Virus record (IMG/VR): IMGVR_UViG_3300028654_000001
Span: 1 to 64,000 of that record
Direction: 5' to 3' (one strand)
Length of the DNA stretch: 64,000 nucleotides
Shown here in pieces: positions 29,554 to 38,926 of the stretch. The notes under the pieces were generated by a model, which saw nothing but the letters and a program-made list of their open reading frames with translations, did no database searches and was not told where the DNA came from. The translations under genes were made by a program, and so were the position numbers. The first letter of the stretch is position 1. The number at the start of each line of letters is the position of its first letter.

Positions 29554-30003
29554 GTGCTCCTTCGCATCTATCAACTCCAAGATGACACGGAACCTTGGTT
29601 CCAGAAATCTGCAAAGGTTCCTCTCATAATCATAGCCAAAACCATGAGTGGTACTTTCAGTATTTCGTTACCTGAGCGTGCCAAAGTCCCACGAGACTCT
29701 ATAGGAGTGACTCCCGGGGAGCCCCCTTATGAAACCGCCAAGAGATCTATTCTTGAAAAAGCTCGAGAGATTTGGTCTTGTGTCAAAAAGAAGGGGTATT
29801 CGGATACTGGGTACTTCTATGGTACCTTCAATCCAACACATCAGTTGTCAACTCAAAGTAAGGGTATTGTTGGTAGCATAGGAATTTGCTACTGCCCACA
29901 GGAAGCAACACCTGGCTTCACCAGTGTATCCATAGAGGATATCGAATTTGAGGAGGAACCAAAGTTAGTCCCTACCAGGTTCGAACGTGAGGACGTGATC
30001 TGA
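29554..30003 (+). CDS. Hypothetical protein with C-terminal tag
   Basis: Ends LVPTRFEREDVI. Confidence 0.7.
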   Translation: MLLRIYQLQDDTEPWFQKSAKVPLIIIAKTMSGTFSISLPERAKVPRDSIGVTPGEPPYETAKRSILEKAREIWSCVKKKGYSDTGYFYGTFNPTHQLSTQSKGIVGSIGICYCPQEATPGFTSVSIEDIEFEEEPKLVPTRFEREDVI

Positions 30004-30516
30004 GTGCCCGATGAAGAACTTCCCCAGGCGTACGTCAAAGAGGTCGACGGTCAACTTGTCTTGATTGACCCAGTTGCAGCCGGAGTCCTCCAAGCTATCA
30101 ATCAGTACAACGGTAGTAACTGCAGGCATACCCTAGAGATTCAGTTAGAACGGGTGGTTCACTTCACTCGCAGGATTAGAGAACTTAGGAAGAACCCTGC
30201 CGAGGTTACCATTGTACTCCTCAACGTGAATGACCCCTGGGGAGGCGCCATGGCAGAGATTCTGATGCCTGGCCATGACTGGAAACCCTATCGAGACCGA
30301 GGGGAGGTGCCCTTCGCTCGAGGGTTAGCCGGTCGCGAGGGGTTGCAGGGTGTCTTAGACGAAATAGACCCGAAAGAGGGAGCCAAGCTCCGTGAAGCGG
30401 GTCCAGTGGTTACCGTGGTCGTAATGGATCACGGAGTAGTAGAAGTCTTCAAGAAAGGTGACTGGGAGGACGACTACATTCCAACTCGTTTAGAGAGGGT
30501 TGCTGACTCAGAGTAA
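30004..30516 (+). CDS. Hypothetical protein with C-terminal tag
   Basis: Ends YIPTRLERVADSE. Confidence 0.75.
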   Translation: MPDEELPQAYVKEVDGQLVLIDPVAAGVLQAINQYNGSNCRHTLEIQLERVVHFTRRIRELRKNPAEVTIVLLNVNDPWGGAMAEILMPGHDWKPYRDRGEVPFARGLAGREGLQGVLDEIDPKEGAKLREAGPVVTVVVMDHGVVEVFKKGDWEDDYIPTRLERVADSE

Positions 30517-30528
30517 CTTGAGGTCTCA

Positions 30529-30747
30529 ATGAGAGTATTCTGTAACAACTGCGCGTGTTCCCCACCAATAGGACTATACACTTGCCTTAAGGAGCACCCT
30601 ATTGTCTACGCAGGGTTAATGGATCCGGAGACCAAGAAGTTCAATAGACTAATGATTAGTGCGGATAGTAATGAGTGCCCTGACTTCGTGGACATGGTGA
30701 ATAGGCCAACCAGGTTTGAGAGAATCCTCGACGATGACATCCTGTAA
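30529..30747 (+). CDS. Cys/His Zn-binding family member with tag
   Basis: CNNC...CLKEH...CPD...PTRFERILDDDIL. Confidence 0.75.
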   Translation: MRVFCNNCACSPPIGLYTCLKEHPIVYAGLMDPETKKFNRLMISADSNECPDFVDMVNRPTRFERILDDDIL

Positions 30748-30955
30748 CTACTGCGCCAACATCACTGGAAGAGGGGGAAAACCTAAGTGCCTCAAGGGTC
30801 ATCTCCTAAGGTCCACCCCAGTGTTTGTAGGGGAGTTAAGAACTGAGTTCCTGAACGTGCTAAGGTATGAGCCTGAGCCCTGTCCAGATATGGAATTCCG
30901 CCGTCTCTATCGACCAACACGCTTCGAAAAGATCCTCTATGACCCCGTCTTGTGA
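30734..30955 (+). CDS. Cys/His Zn-binding family member with tag
   Basis: MTSCNYC...CLKGH...CPD...PTRFEKIL; start moved to 30734. Confidence 0.75.
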   Translation: MTSCNYCANITGRGGKPKCLKGHLLRSTPVFVGELRTEFLNVLRYEPEPCPDMEFRRLYRPTRFEKILYDPVL

Positions 30956-31169
30956 TCGATGTACCAAGAAACCTGCACATCCATCGGCAAGAAAACTGGC
31001 AGTTCAGTTCAGGGTACCTACGGTTTGTTCTAGGGGGCACGCGTTAGTGACCAGTAAGTTTACTCATACCTTCCTTCGAGTCATTGGAGAAGATATTGCT
31101 CCCTGTCCAGATTTCGAATTTGATGCCCCAAGACTAACTAGGTTTGAACGAATACTTAGAGAAGAATGA
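30939..31169 (+). CDS. Cys/His Zn-binding family member with tag
   Basis: MTPSCDRC...CSRGH...CPD...LTRFERIL; start moved to 30939. Confidence 0.75.
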   Translation: MTPSCDRCTKKPAHPSARKLAVQFRVPTVCSRGHALVTSKFTHTFLRVIGEDIAPCPDFEFDAPRLTRFERILREE

Positions 31170-31411
31170 GCACCATCTGCAACGATTGTGAGTACTTCCA
31201 TAAGTTAGGATCTGACGTCCTTGGGAGACTAGCACCACGAAAGTGGATCTGCGTGATGGTCCATCCAATAACACCCCTTCAAAAAGTCAGTAGGTCCTCT
31301 GAGGATCCACCGAAGTTCACCTACAAGAACGGTGATACTTGCAAGGAATATCGGTACGGTGGCCCGAGGCCGTCTCGACTCGAGAGGGTGGTTAGGGTTG
31401 ATATTCTGTGA
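31166..31411 (+). CDS. Cys/His Zn-binding family member with tag
   Basis: CNDC...CVMVH...CKE...PSRLERVV. Confidence 0.75.
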   Translation: MSTICNDCEYFHKLGSDVLGRLAPRKWICVMVHPITPLQKVSRSSEDPPKFTYKNGDTCKEYRYGGPRPSRLERVVRVDIL

Positions 31412-31691
31412 TGATTGCCAGCACCACCCGCGCGTGTGGGGAGACTTCAACCCAGAGACAAGGGAGTGGTCTGGGATCTGTATGTGCGGGTGGAGAGTGC
31501 TAACCATCCTGTATATGGGCTCGGAACCCATCAAGAGAACTATAGCAAAGGGGAAGTTCACTAGTCCGACGGTGCGCCAAGACTATGATGACTGCAAGGA
31601 CTATGAGTTTGAGGGCCAGCGACTAACTCGGTTTGAAAGGATTCTGCTCCATAACTCATGCTTTCAAAAGTTCAGTGATTCGAACCACTGA
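31398..31691 (+). CDS. Cys Zn-binding family member with tag
   Basis: Probable TTG start; IFCDDC...CMCG...CKD...LTRFERIL. Confidence 0.7.
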   Translation: MIFCDDCQHHPRVWGDFNPETREWSGICMCGWRVLTILYMGSEPIKRTIAKGKFTSPTVRQDYDDCKDYEFEGQRLTRFERILLHNSCFQKFSDSNH

Positions 31692-31692
31692 A

Positions 31693-31734
31693 TAAGCTTG
31701 TACTTACTACAAGTTAGTAGTAAGTACAAGCTTA
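31693..31734. terminator. Perfect 18-bp inverted repeat between convergent arrays
   Basis: TAAGCTTGTACTTACTAC-AAGTTA-GTAGTAAGTACAAGCTTA. Confidence 0.7.
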
Positions 31735-31792
31735 AATGTAGCATAAAGTTCAAGAAAAAGTTGGTGTTACAGAGTCCGGTCAGTCGGTATTA

Positions 31793-31993
31793 CTAGATCT
31801 CTCGATCAGGACAATCGTCACAGTCCTTGCGAATCAAACCAGGATGCTTTAATTGAGGGACAGATCTCCCGTTCATCCTAAGAGCCCGTACCGAGTGGCC
31901 CTTGTCGCAAGTAATGACTAACTCGTTTCGATAGACTGGTTCAGCATTCTCTTGCGGTGGGAGGTTCTTGCATTCATCACAAAGTTTCAGCAT
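31793..31993 (-). CDS. Cys/His Zn-binding family member lacking the tag
   Basis: MLKLCDEC...CDKGH...CPDREI. Confidence 0.7.
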   Translation of the reverse strand: MLKLCDECKNLPPQENAEPVYRNELVITCDKGHSVRALRMNGRSVPQLKHPGLIRKDCDDCPDREI

Positions 31994-32204
31994 TGAGGAT
32001 CCTCTCAAATCTAGTTGGATGTTCCGTGATATCCCTCTCCAAGCAAACTGAGGCATTTCGAACCAGACGAAGCTTAACTTTATGTCCTCCCGGGTTGATG
32101 TTGGTATACTTTATGAGGTGCCCACGTGAGCACATAGCTTCCCAGTCGCCCACGGTAACATCAGGAGGAGTGGGGCGCCACTTGCAGTTAGAGCAAAAGA
32201 TCAT
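31977..32204 (-). CDS. Cys/His Zn-binding family member with tag
   Basis: CSNC...CSRGH...CLE...PTRFERIL. Confidence 0.75.
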   Translation of the reverse strand: MIFCSNCKWRPTPPDVTVGDWEAMCSRGHLIKYTNINPGGHKVKLRLVRNASVCLERDITEHPTRFERILNAETL

Positions 32205-32607
32205 TCAAAACCCTCTCGAATCTGGTTGGGTGTGTCCCGTTATCATAGTCTGAACAGAAGTCTGAATTCTCGCGAATCAAACTTTTTAGAGGAGCATCAT
32301 AGAAGTAGTCTTGGGCTGCCAATAACTGATGCCCTTTATCACAGGCTAGAGAACGATTTCTGTGGAGTCTTTCAGTCAAAGGCGGCGGGGCCCACTTACA
32401 ATCGGTACAGAGGATCATTCTTGCACCACCCCCTTCAATATCTGGGCAAGGTGCTTGCCCAACAGGGTGTAGCCCAACACCAGAGGAGTTCTTACTAGCC
32501 CAAATTCTATGACGTTTTGCACAATCACCACGCCACTGATCTATATCGTAATCATCTAACCTAGGCCTACATAGAACGTGTTTGCACCCATTACAGATGG
32601 TATACAT
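32188..32607 (-). CDS. Tandem fusion of two Cys/His units with tag
   Basis: MYTICNGC...CAKRH...CPD then MILCTDC...CDKGH...CSD...PTRFERVL; GGTGTA 11 nt before ATG 32607. Confidence 0.75.
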   Translation of the reverse strand: MYTICNGCKHVLCRPRLDDYDIDQWRGDCAKRHRIWASKNSSGVGLHPVGQAPCPDIEGGGARMILCTDCKWAPPPLTERLHRNRSLACDKGHQLLAAQDYFYDAPLKSLIRENSDFCSDYDNGTHPTRFERVLNDLLL

Positions 32608-32688
32608 CAATTTTAGGATACACCAGAACAATGCGAATCGGTGTAACTTACTGATGAACCTGACAATTCAACTAAGAAGTGCAGCCTA

Positions 32689-33177
32689 ATGCCCCCTGAA
32701 GATACCGATAGTATTGAAGAATCTTGGAAGATCTCCCGCCCCGATCGGAACACTGACTACCGTCAAACCGAGGACTCTGCAGAGTCGGAGAAGGTCATGG
32801 ACGAAGAAAGCATGGGCGTCACCAACCTTCTTCCAACCGAACCTTACGAGAGAAGTGTCATCTGGGTTGGTTTTCTATGGCGCGGACAAGAAATCCCTGG
32901 TGGTCGAACTCGAGTTCAGCTTCCAAATCTAACGGTGAGTAACTCAGAGGACCATCCAGAGGGGGAGTTTCAAGTTGAAGGTACCTTCAGACCCCCTCGA
33001 GATTGCTTCATTGACGCTATGAACCTCTACCTATGTGAAATGGGCGGCCCCTCTGTCGACAGGAATCGAAACGCAAACATCGTATTCCAGGTTTCACATG
33101 AGAGGGGGCTTGCATTCTCCTTCATGCTACGTAGAAACATGAGTGCCTCTAACTTAAGAATCTCGGTACTTGGGTAA
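32689..33177 (+). CDS. Hypothetical protein with degenerate N-terminal acidic-Trp tag
   Basis: Begins MPPEDTDSIEESWKISRP. Confidence 0.7.
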   Translation: MPPEDTDSIEESWKISRPDRNTDYRQTEDSAESEKVMDEESMGVTNLLPTEPYERSVIWVGFLWRGQEIPGGRTRVQLPNLTVSNSEDHPEGEFQVEGTFRPPRDCFIDAMNLYLCEMGGPSVDRNRNANIVFQVSHERGLAFSFMLRRNMSASNLRISVLG

Positions 33178-33178
33178 T

Positions 33179-33484
33179 CTACAAGCTAAATCGGTTGGCG
33201 TACCACGCGTCAACAATACTTCTGGATGCTATACCCCAGTAGCCTAGTCTAACAACTTTGCCTTTTTGAGTGATCTCAAAATCTTTGAAGTTTAGACTAC
33301 CATTACCCCCAATCTTCTTTTCGAACCACTCACGGGATACTGGTACTGGCTCACAACCAAGTCGATAAAGAACAACGCCCCCATCTTGATCAACTGTTCC
33401 ACAGAAAAACCGATCTGAGGAGCTCTCCAAACAGGAAAGCTCTTGGATCTCTTCAAGGGTAAGAGCCGAAAATGATTCAATCAT
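33179..33484 (-). CDS. Hypothetical protein
   Basis: ATGA-coupled to the upstream gene. Confidence 0.6.
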   Translation of the reverse strand: MIESFSALTLEEIQELSCLESSSDRFFCGTVDQDGGVVLYRLGCEPVPVSREWFEKKIGGNGSLNFKDFEITQKGKVVRLGYWGIASRSIVDAWYANRFSL

Positions 33485-33819
33485 TTAGAGTCTATGCCCT
33501 TAAAACTCTCGAGGTAAGGTTTCATACTCTGTACACCCTTTTCAGAAGATTCGTCGGCCCAGGCAAGGATCTTAGCCAAATCCCTGAGTGTTACGTCGTC
33601 TTCGTTGACCTCGGTCAGAAGCGAGGGGTGAGACTTGAGCAAACTAGCGAGCAAACTTCGAGCATCCGCCCCTGTGATGAATAAACCCCTAGGACTGAAC
33701 TCAAACTTCATAGGCCCCGTGAACTCAAGTTTCTGGGGCTTCGGTGGGGGTCGTTTACTCGAAGACTTCCTAGGTGGAGGCGGATGGGTTACCTTTGACA
33801 TCATAGAACTATAGCTCAT
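33481..33819 (-). CDS. Hypothetical protein
   Basis: Basic Pro-rich N-terminus; coupled pair with 33179..33484. Confidence 0.55.
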   Translation of the reverse strand: MSYSSMMSKVTHPPPPRKSSSKRPPPKPQKLEFTGPMKFEFSPRGLFITGADARSLLASLLKSHPSLLTEVNEDDVTLRDLAKILAWADESSEKGVQSMKPYLESFKGIDSK

Positions 33820-33974
33820 AGACCTAACCCACGGTAGGTGTTAGTTAACAAGGGTTATGCTCCGTGTATTATGAGCAGGAGCTAGGATGGAAGATCTGTA
33901 CGTTTCCGAGTACTTGCCTAAGAATGAGGTTAAACCCGTTATCCGGTGTACAGTACCGCCGTAGGGACGTACAA

Positions 33975-34169
33975 ATGTATGAATGCAATCGGTGTGGTGA
34001 GAAGTATCAATCAGGTTCCAGATACTCTACTATCGAGTATTGTGGTACCTGCATATTTATCAACGGTAACCCAGATGAGGAAAAGGGTGCCCCTCCAACT
34101 ACCAGAAGCTCATTGACATATCAATCTGAGAGTGTCGATCAAACTGACGTTGGTGAGGTTACCGACTAA
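33975..34169 (+). CDS. Small Zn-ribbon protein
   Basis: MYECNRCG...YCGTC; CGGTGTA at 33944 and AGGGA SD. Confidence 0.55.
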   Translation: MYECNRCGEKYQSGSRYSTIEYCGTCIFINGNPDEEKGAPPTTRSSLTYQSESVDQTDVGEVTD

Positions 34170-34438
34170 CTGCAAGCGGATAGCGCAGCAAGTTCACTAA
34201 ACTCGAGATGCCTACGGGCCTCAGTTAGTTCGGCCATCAACTTGTCGATCTGACCCTTAGTCAGGTTGGTTTGTAACATGCGCAGACTCAGATCCCGAAC
34301 CGTAATCCCAGCAATCCCATTGCCATACCCTACCGATACGGAACCCCTAGCCTGATCTAATTCACGGGTATAGGAGGCTTTCTTCTCAACTTCTTCTCTA
34401 TGAATACGAGCTTGGTAGGTGTCCATGAGATCCCTCAA
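34166..34438 (-). CDS. Hypothetical protein
   Basis: 90-aa ORF; start uncertain. Confidence 0.5.
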   Translation of the reverse strand: MRDLMDTYQARIHREEVEKKASYTRELDQARGSVSVGYGNGIAGITVRDLSLRMLQTNLTKGQIDKLMAELTEARRHLEFSELAALSACS

Positions 34439-34551
34439 TTCATAGATTATTACACGTGAGGGGTTTCAATCTCACCAATAAATCGACATTAGTACTGTTT
34501 TTTGGCCAATGGTTTTGTACTGATTCGGCCAGTTATGGTGTACATTCCACT

Positions 34552-34812
34552 ATGGTCACCAACTGCCTCCATTGTATCCATTGTCCTCAGGTCGATGATT
34601 CTGAGGACTTACGCGGGGGTTGGGCTGTCTGCAAGAAAGGGTTTGATGTTCAATATTGGACTAGACCCAAAATACCATCCGGGGGATCTGGGTTAAAACA
34701 CATGTCTGTCGTAAGGGATGGATCCGACTGCCCACTTTATGATACTGGGGAGTATGAAGGCCCAAGACCCTCCCGCCTCGATAAAATCCTGCAAGATGGC
34801 TACCCTCTGTGA
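34552..34812 (+). CDS. Cys Zn-binding family member with tag
   Basis: MVTNCLHC...CKKG...CPLY...PSRLDKILQDGYPL; GGTGTA 9 nt upstream. Confidence 0.75.
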   Translation: MVTNCLHCIHCPQVDDSEDLRGGWAVCKKGFDVQYWTRPKIPSGGSGLKHMSVVRDGSDCPLYDTGEYEGPRPSRLDKILQDGYPL

Positions 34813-35018
34813 CCAGTGTCCCCCACAGGCCCCCCTTGATCGACGGTAGAGATCGATGCAATAAAGGTCATCCAGTTGTAGTGGTTAGAGTATACGAACC
34901 TGAAGGCTCAAAGTTTTCCAAGAGAGTTCTGCACCGAGATGACACAGATGAGGTCTGTTCTGATTTCCCACACGCGACAAGGTTTGAGAGAATCCTCCGA
35001 GATGGCTACCCTTTGTAG
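34809..35018 (+). CDS. Family member lacking the first CxxC, with tag
   Basis: CNKGH...CSD...ATRFERILRDGYPL. Confidence 0.7.
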   Translation: MTSVPHRPPLIDGRDRCNKGHPVVVVRVYEPEGSKFSKRVLHRDDTDEVCSDFPHATRFERILRDGYPL

Positions 35019-35042
35019 CATTCCGGTGTACTAGAGTATCCC

Positions 35043-35414
35043 ATGTTAATCGGCGGCTACGACCTTACTTTTCCAACACACCTCTCTGCCCAGGCTACCC
35101 TAGAGGCTGCGACTAATACCATCCTGGGGTTCTGGAAAGAGGGTCTGATCGAGGTCGAAATAGGGAAGAACGCCAAGGAATCTTCACTACTAGAACCCTA
35201 TGAGGGGAAACTTCCCGAGGGCTCCACGCACATCTTCATCTACCAAAACAAGAACTCCTACCAATCGTGGGAGGATGAGGGCTGGAGTGAAACTTGGGCT
35301 CACAGCATGATCTACCTATCCATGTATACAGAGGGGCTCAATTGTGTTCTGGAAAATCCAGAAGATCCTAAGCTAAAGCCAATTGTGGAGGCTATTCAAA
35401 AGTGTCTGGAATGA
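35043..35414 (+). CDS. Hypothetical protein
   Basis: CGGTGTA 12 nt upstream. Confidence 0.7.
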   Translation: MLIGGYDLTFPTHLSAQATLEAATNTILGFWKEGLIEVEIGKNAKESSLLEPYEGKLPEGSTHIFIYQNKNSYQSWEDEGWSETWAHSMIYLSMYTEGLNCVLENPEDPKLKPIVEAIQKCLE

Positions 35415-35764
35415 GAAGCAAGAAATTCAAGGAATTGAAAGGTTGGGAGCTATCAGAGCTACTGGAGTTTCTCAGTAAGATCCGACCTTCTCTTAGTAGA
35501 GCTGGGTTCGAGATAGGGGTTACTGGTTCAGTTCTATTTGAGGGTAAGTCAGAACATGATGGGGATGTCATATTATACCCCCGGGATGCCAGCTCATTTG
35601 ATCTAAGCCTCCTCTACACGGTCTTAGGGCAACTTGGCTTGAACCCAGAGTTTTCTCATGCTGACTTACTCAAGATATGGAGGACGCAGAAGTCCAACGA
35701 TGTTAAGCACGTAGAAATATGGTCATATCAAGGTAAGAGGCTAGACCTCTTCATTCTAAGGTAA
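35411..35764 (+). CDS. Minimal Pol-beta-superfamily nucleotidyltransferase-like protein
   Basis: GVTGSVL...HDGDVILY...RLDLF (GS, DxD and third Asp). Confidence 0.55.
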   Translation: MRSKKFKELKGWELSELLEFLSKIRPSLSRAGFEIGVTGSVLFEGKSEHDGDVILYPRDASSFDLSLLYTVLGQLGLNPEFSHADLLKIWRTQKSNDVKHVEIWSYQGKRLDLFILR

Positions 35765-35771
35765 GAAATAG

Positions 35772-36074
35772 ATGCCCTCCAACTTCCCTGAAGTCCTCGT
35801 AGTTCCAGAGTCCACGACTCCCGATCAACTGGCTGATTACGTCACGGGAGGCTCATTCCCTGTTGGTGCAACAATCATGACCCTCGACGAGCTCATGGCA
35901 CGGGAGCGAGTAGAGGACTGCAACTGCGGACTCATTCAATGCATTTGTCAACAAGCACGGCAGCATAAAGAGGATTGCCTGCTGCGGCTTTCAATGACTT
36001 GTGCTATCCCTATTGAGTGTGCCGAACATGACCGAGACGTCTGCCCCATCTGCACCCCCTGCACCTGTACTTGA
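35772..36074 (+). CDS. Cys-rich protein
   Basis: CNCGLIQCIC...HDRDVCPICTPCTC. Confidence 0.6.
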   Translation: MPSNFPEVLVVPESTTPDQLADYVTGGSFPVGATIMTLDELMARERVEDCNCGLIQCICQQARQHKEDCLLRLSMTCAIPIECAEHDRDVCPICTPCTCT

Positions 36075-36242
36075 CCACTGTTGCGCGTGTGGCAAGGAAC
36101 TCTGGGTGCACCCAGAGATTGCTGGGCTCGAACTCTATTGCGATGACTGCCCATTTCCAAAGCCCCCTTGTGAGACCTGTGGCAAGGATGATTGTAACGG
36201 AGAGTGCTGTAACTGCGAAGGTTGTGTGGAGAGACGAGCTAC

Positions 36243-36740
36243 TCAGGGAGCAGGGTGAACTACCCTAAATCCTACATTCTCGCTGTAGTAACCGTTTGAT
36301 TCCCCAAACCATCGAACGGTTACCGTACCACGAACCGTAGAAAATCGGTAGAAAGTCCAAGTATAGCTTTCAGGTTGGTAGTCAAGATATGGATCTGGCT
36401 CAGAAGACAGTTCTTCAGCTTCGACTATCGGGTACCCGATTAGATCACTCAAGTCACCAATGATGTCTTCGATCTTCACGCTCTCACAGCAATCCTGCTG
36501 ATGATAGAGCTCGAAGCGAGTCCCATTTGTGGTAACGAACACCAGGGCCTCCTCACCAACACTTCCGATCACCTCCCTCAGGGTGATCCCAACCATGTCG
36601 CTAAGCTCCTCTGGGAGTCGATCTGGAGTTTGAAGATAGGAAGGGAGTTGAGCTCGCGGTGACTGCGGTTCAGATTCAATCTCTCTCTTAGGTCGCAAAC
36701 CCTCCCAGAATGATTCGATGTCGTCCAGGTCATTTGGCAT
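36243..36740 (-). CDS. Common phage domain (HxQDCCESV, DUF7448-like) with N-terminal acidic-Trp tag
   Basis: MPNDLDDIESFWEGLRP, then HQQDCCESVKIEDIIGDL...TWTFY...WFGESNGYYSE. Confidence 0.8.
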   Translation of the reverse strand: MPNDLDDIESFWEGLRPKREIESEPQSPRAQLPSYLQTPDRLPEELSDMVGITLREVIGSVGEEALVFVTTNGTRFELYHQQDCCESVKIEDIIGDLSDLIGYPIVEAEELSSEPDPYLDYQPESYTWTFYRFSTVRGTVTVRWFGESNGYYSENVGFRVVHPAP

Positions 36741-36774
36741 AACCTGACGAGTACACCGAAATCATTATGAGACA

Positions 36775-37173
36775 TCAGCTCTGAGCTGAGCACAGCTCCT
36801 GAGAATAAGGCCCACTAGTAGCAAAGTAGCTGCAGGCAAAGTTCTGAGGCAGGCAAAAAAAGGCCGCAGATTTTCCATTGCAATCGACTATATCAAAGAC
36901 ACTATCCCCATCAACACAGGAGATACTGGACCTAGATACTCCATTGCCTGCTTGGTAGATACTCAAGGATTCGAAAGTACCGTCTGACATGAGGGCCGTA
37001 CCCGACGGTATCTGCCGAGTATCACAATCGAGCGAGATTGACGCATTGACAATGGTTGGCGGAGGTGTTGGATCGTCTTTAGGTTGTGGGTCTTTAGTGC
37101 CACCACCACTACAGCAAACCAGAAGGGGAAATAGGAGGTAGATCTTTTTCATTATCAGAGGTCGGTATCGCAT
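36775..37173 (-). CDS. Putative lipoprotein
   Basis: MKKIYLLFPLLVCC signal, Pro linker and Cys-containing domain; start may be the second Met. Confidence 0.6.
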   Translation of the reverse strand: MRYRPLIMKKIYLLFPLLVCCSGGGTKDPQPKDDPTPPPTIVNASISLDCDTRQIPSGTALMSDGTFESLSIYQAGNGVSRSSISCVDGDSVFDIVDCNGKSAAFFCLPQNFACSYFATSGPYSQELCSAQS

Positions 37174-37232
37174 GATCCATACTACGCTTCAGTTAGGTAA
37201 ATCTCGCGCAAATAAGTAGTACCCCCTACTAC

Positions 37233-37493
37233 TTACAGCACCAACCGAGGATTGTCCCCAGTTCCATTACAGATAGGGCATACCGCCGAGTACTCGTCGA
37301 AGTAGTACCCCAGTGCTGGCATAGGGAACCCCTTGTAACCCCAGCGGGGACGTACCCTTACTACATACCGCTTACCATCCCGAACAACCTCTGGTTGGAA
37401 TACAACGCCCCACCCCAAGCAATAGGAGCAAGCGATACTAGACCGAAGAAGCTGAAGAAGTTGCTGTCTAGGATTTACCCTGGAACCCATCAT
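37233..37493 (-). CDS. DnaJ-type CxxCxGxG zinc-finger protein
   Basis: CSYCLGWG and CPICNGTG. Confidence 0.6.
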   Translation of the reverse strand: MMGSRVNPRQQLLQLLRSSIACSYCLGWGVVFQPEVVRDGKRYVVRVRPRWGYKGFPMPALGYYFDEYSAVCPICNGTGDNPRLVL

Positions 37494-37729
37494 GCTGGGC
37501 CACCAGCATCCTCGCTCATCTCAGGGGTCTTGAGTAGCGTATTGAAGTCCTCCCTCGTGAGTTGAGCTCGAACCACATCCCCTGACGAGAGTCTAAGTTT
37601 GAGGAAGTACCTTTCGCTGCCGGGCCATGGTTTCAAGTCGGATAGGAATCCAGGCCTATTCGGATCTGGGATATGGTCAATATCCCTTGTTTCCTCATAG
37701 CTAACAACAGTGACTGGGAACTCTTGCAT
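37490..37729 (-). CDS. Hypothetical protein
   Basis: GGTGTA upstream; ATGA-coupled to the next gene. Confidence 0.6.
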   Translation of the reverse strand: MQEFPVTVVSYEETRDIDHIPDPNRPGFLSDLKPWPGSERYFLKLRLSSGDVVRAQLTREDFNTLLKTPEMSEDAGGPA

Positions 37730-38072
37730 GGTCGGTACCTATTAAATCTCTACACCTCCTAATGGGTTGCACCCTCTTCAGTCATTGGTCGGTGTACACC
37801 AAAGGGTAGGTTCACTTTTTTGTTAGCAAGACAACGATGGTTGAAGTCATCAATAGCGACAACATTACGTAGAGGAATTTCAGTGTTGACCGAAGTTTTC
37901 TGTCAACCTCTGCATCTTCTGACGGGCCAGTCACTCGTTTCACCATGTGGGTATACTACACCATTGCTGAGTACTGAACAATCAATCGATCTATTGGATA
38001 CCAATTGACAAAAGTACTGAACCTGAAGTAACCAGAGAATTTCGCTACTGAATGCATGAGGATTAGATTTAG

Positions 38073-38924
38073 ATGGCTATCCATTTTTACCCGAAAGTCG
38101 GCGGACGCGTAGACTTTGACACCCCAGAAGAAGCAGCCAGGTTTTTTGAGATAACAGGTGGAGGTACCATCGAGGCCCCTAAGCCTGAAGCTCAAGTAGC
38201 CACGGTTAGCGCCCAAGCATCTGATATTGTTCCTCTAACCCCGAAGGTAAGGGCTAAGAGGAAGACCTCAAACCTCAAGCAGCGGTTGGAGGATTCGATA
38301 CAGATTGTCATGGGTAATCAGGAAGTTACTTCCCCTCAACTATACGGTAAGCTCAGTGAAAAAGGGTGGTTACCTGATAACAGCAAAGACCCTCTGAATT
38401 ACATTCGGTCTATTCTGTCCTCCAACAAAGGCATTTTCAAAAGCGAGAAACGGGGCTACTACCACTTAGACCCTAGCAACCCCTATACCAGTGGTGACCA
38501 TGAGGCGCCTATCGAGGGTCATGTGAACCCAAAGACAGCCAAGGCTCCTAAGGCCGAGCCTGTCGAGGCCCCTCCTGTAGTTGAAGAAGTGATCGAACCT
38601 CCAGAGTTCGTCGAAACCCCTGAACTTGAAGGGGTGACTACCCAGCCAGTGATTCAGCCTTCTATCGTCGAGCCCCCACCGGAGGTCGTCGAAACCCCTG
38701 TGTCAGATGACACCGAAACCTTGGTGGCTCAGCTCTCGCAAGATCCCGTTGAACCTCCACCGGTTGTCAAAGCCCCTCCTGTGGTTGTCAAACCTCCACC
38801 AGTGATTGTGGCAGCCCCACCCCAACCATCGGTCAAGATCGTGACCGAGTTCCCGAGAGTTCCTGAATCAGATGACCCAGTACTTGATATCCTGAATGAA
38901 TTTGCAGAAGTATTGGACGTCTGA
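38073..38924 (+). CDS. Winged-helix DNA-binding protein with Pro-rich tail
   Basis: IQIVMG...LYGKLSEKGW...YIRSILS...KRGYYHL. Confidence 0.6.
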   Translation: MAIHFYPKVGGRVDFDTPEEAARFFEITGGGTIEAPKPEAQVATVSAQASDIVPLTPKVRAKRKTSNLKQRLEDSIQIVMGNQEVTSPQLYGKLSEKGWLPDNSKDPLNYIRSILSSNKGIFKSEKRGYYHLDPSNPYTSGDHEAPIEGHVNPKTAKAPKAEPVEAPPVVEEVIEPPEFVETPELEGVTTQPVIQPSIVEPPPEVVETPVSDDTETLVAQLSQDPVEPPPVVKAPPVVVKPPPVIVAAPPQPSVKIVTEFPRVPESDDPVLDILNEFAEVLDV

Positions 38925-38926
38925 CC

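Noticed and set aside
29968-32230. PTRFERIL-coding segments as DNA repeats, attC-like cassette sites or DGR target repeats
   Set aside because: Copies differ mainly at synonymous positions, are not palindromic and show no adenine-specific variation. No integrase or reverse transcriptase is in the window.
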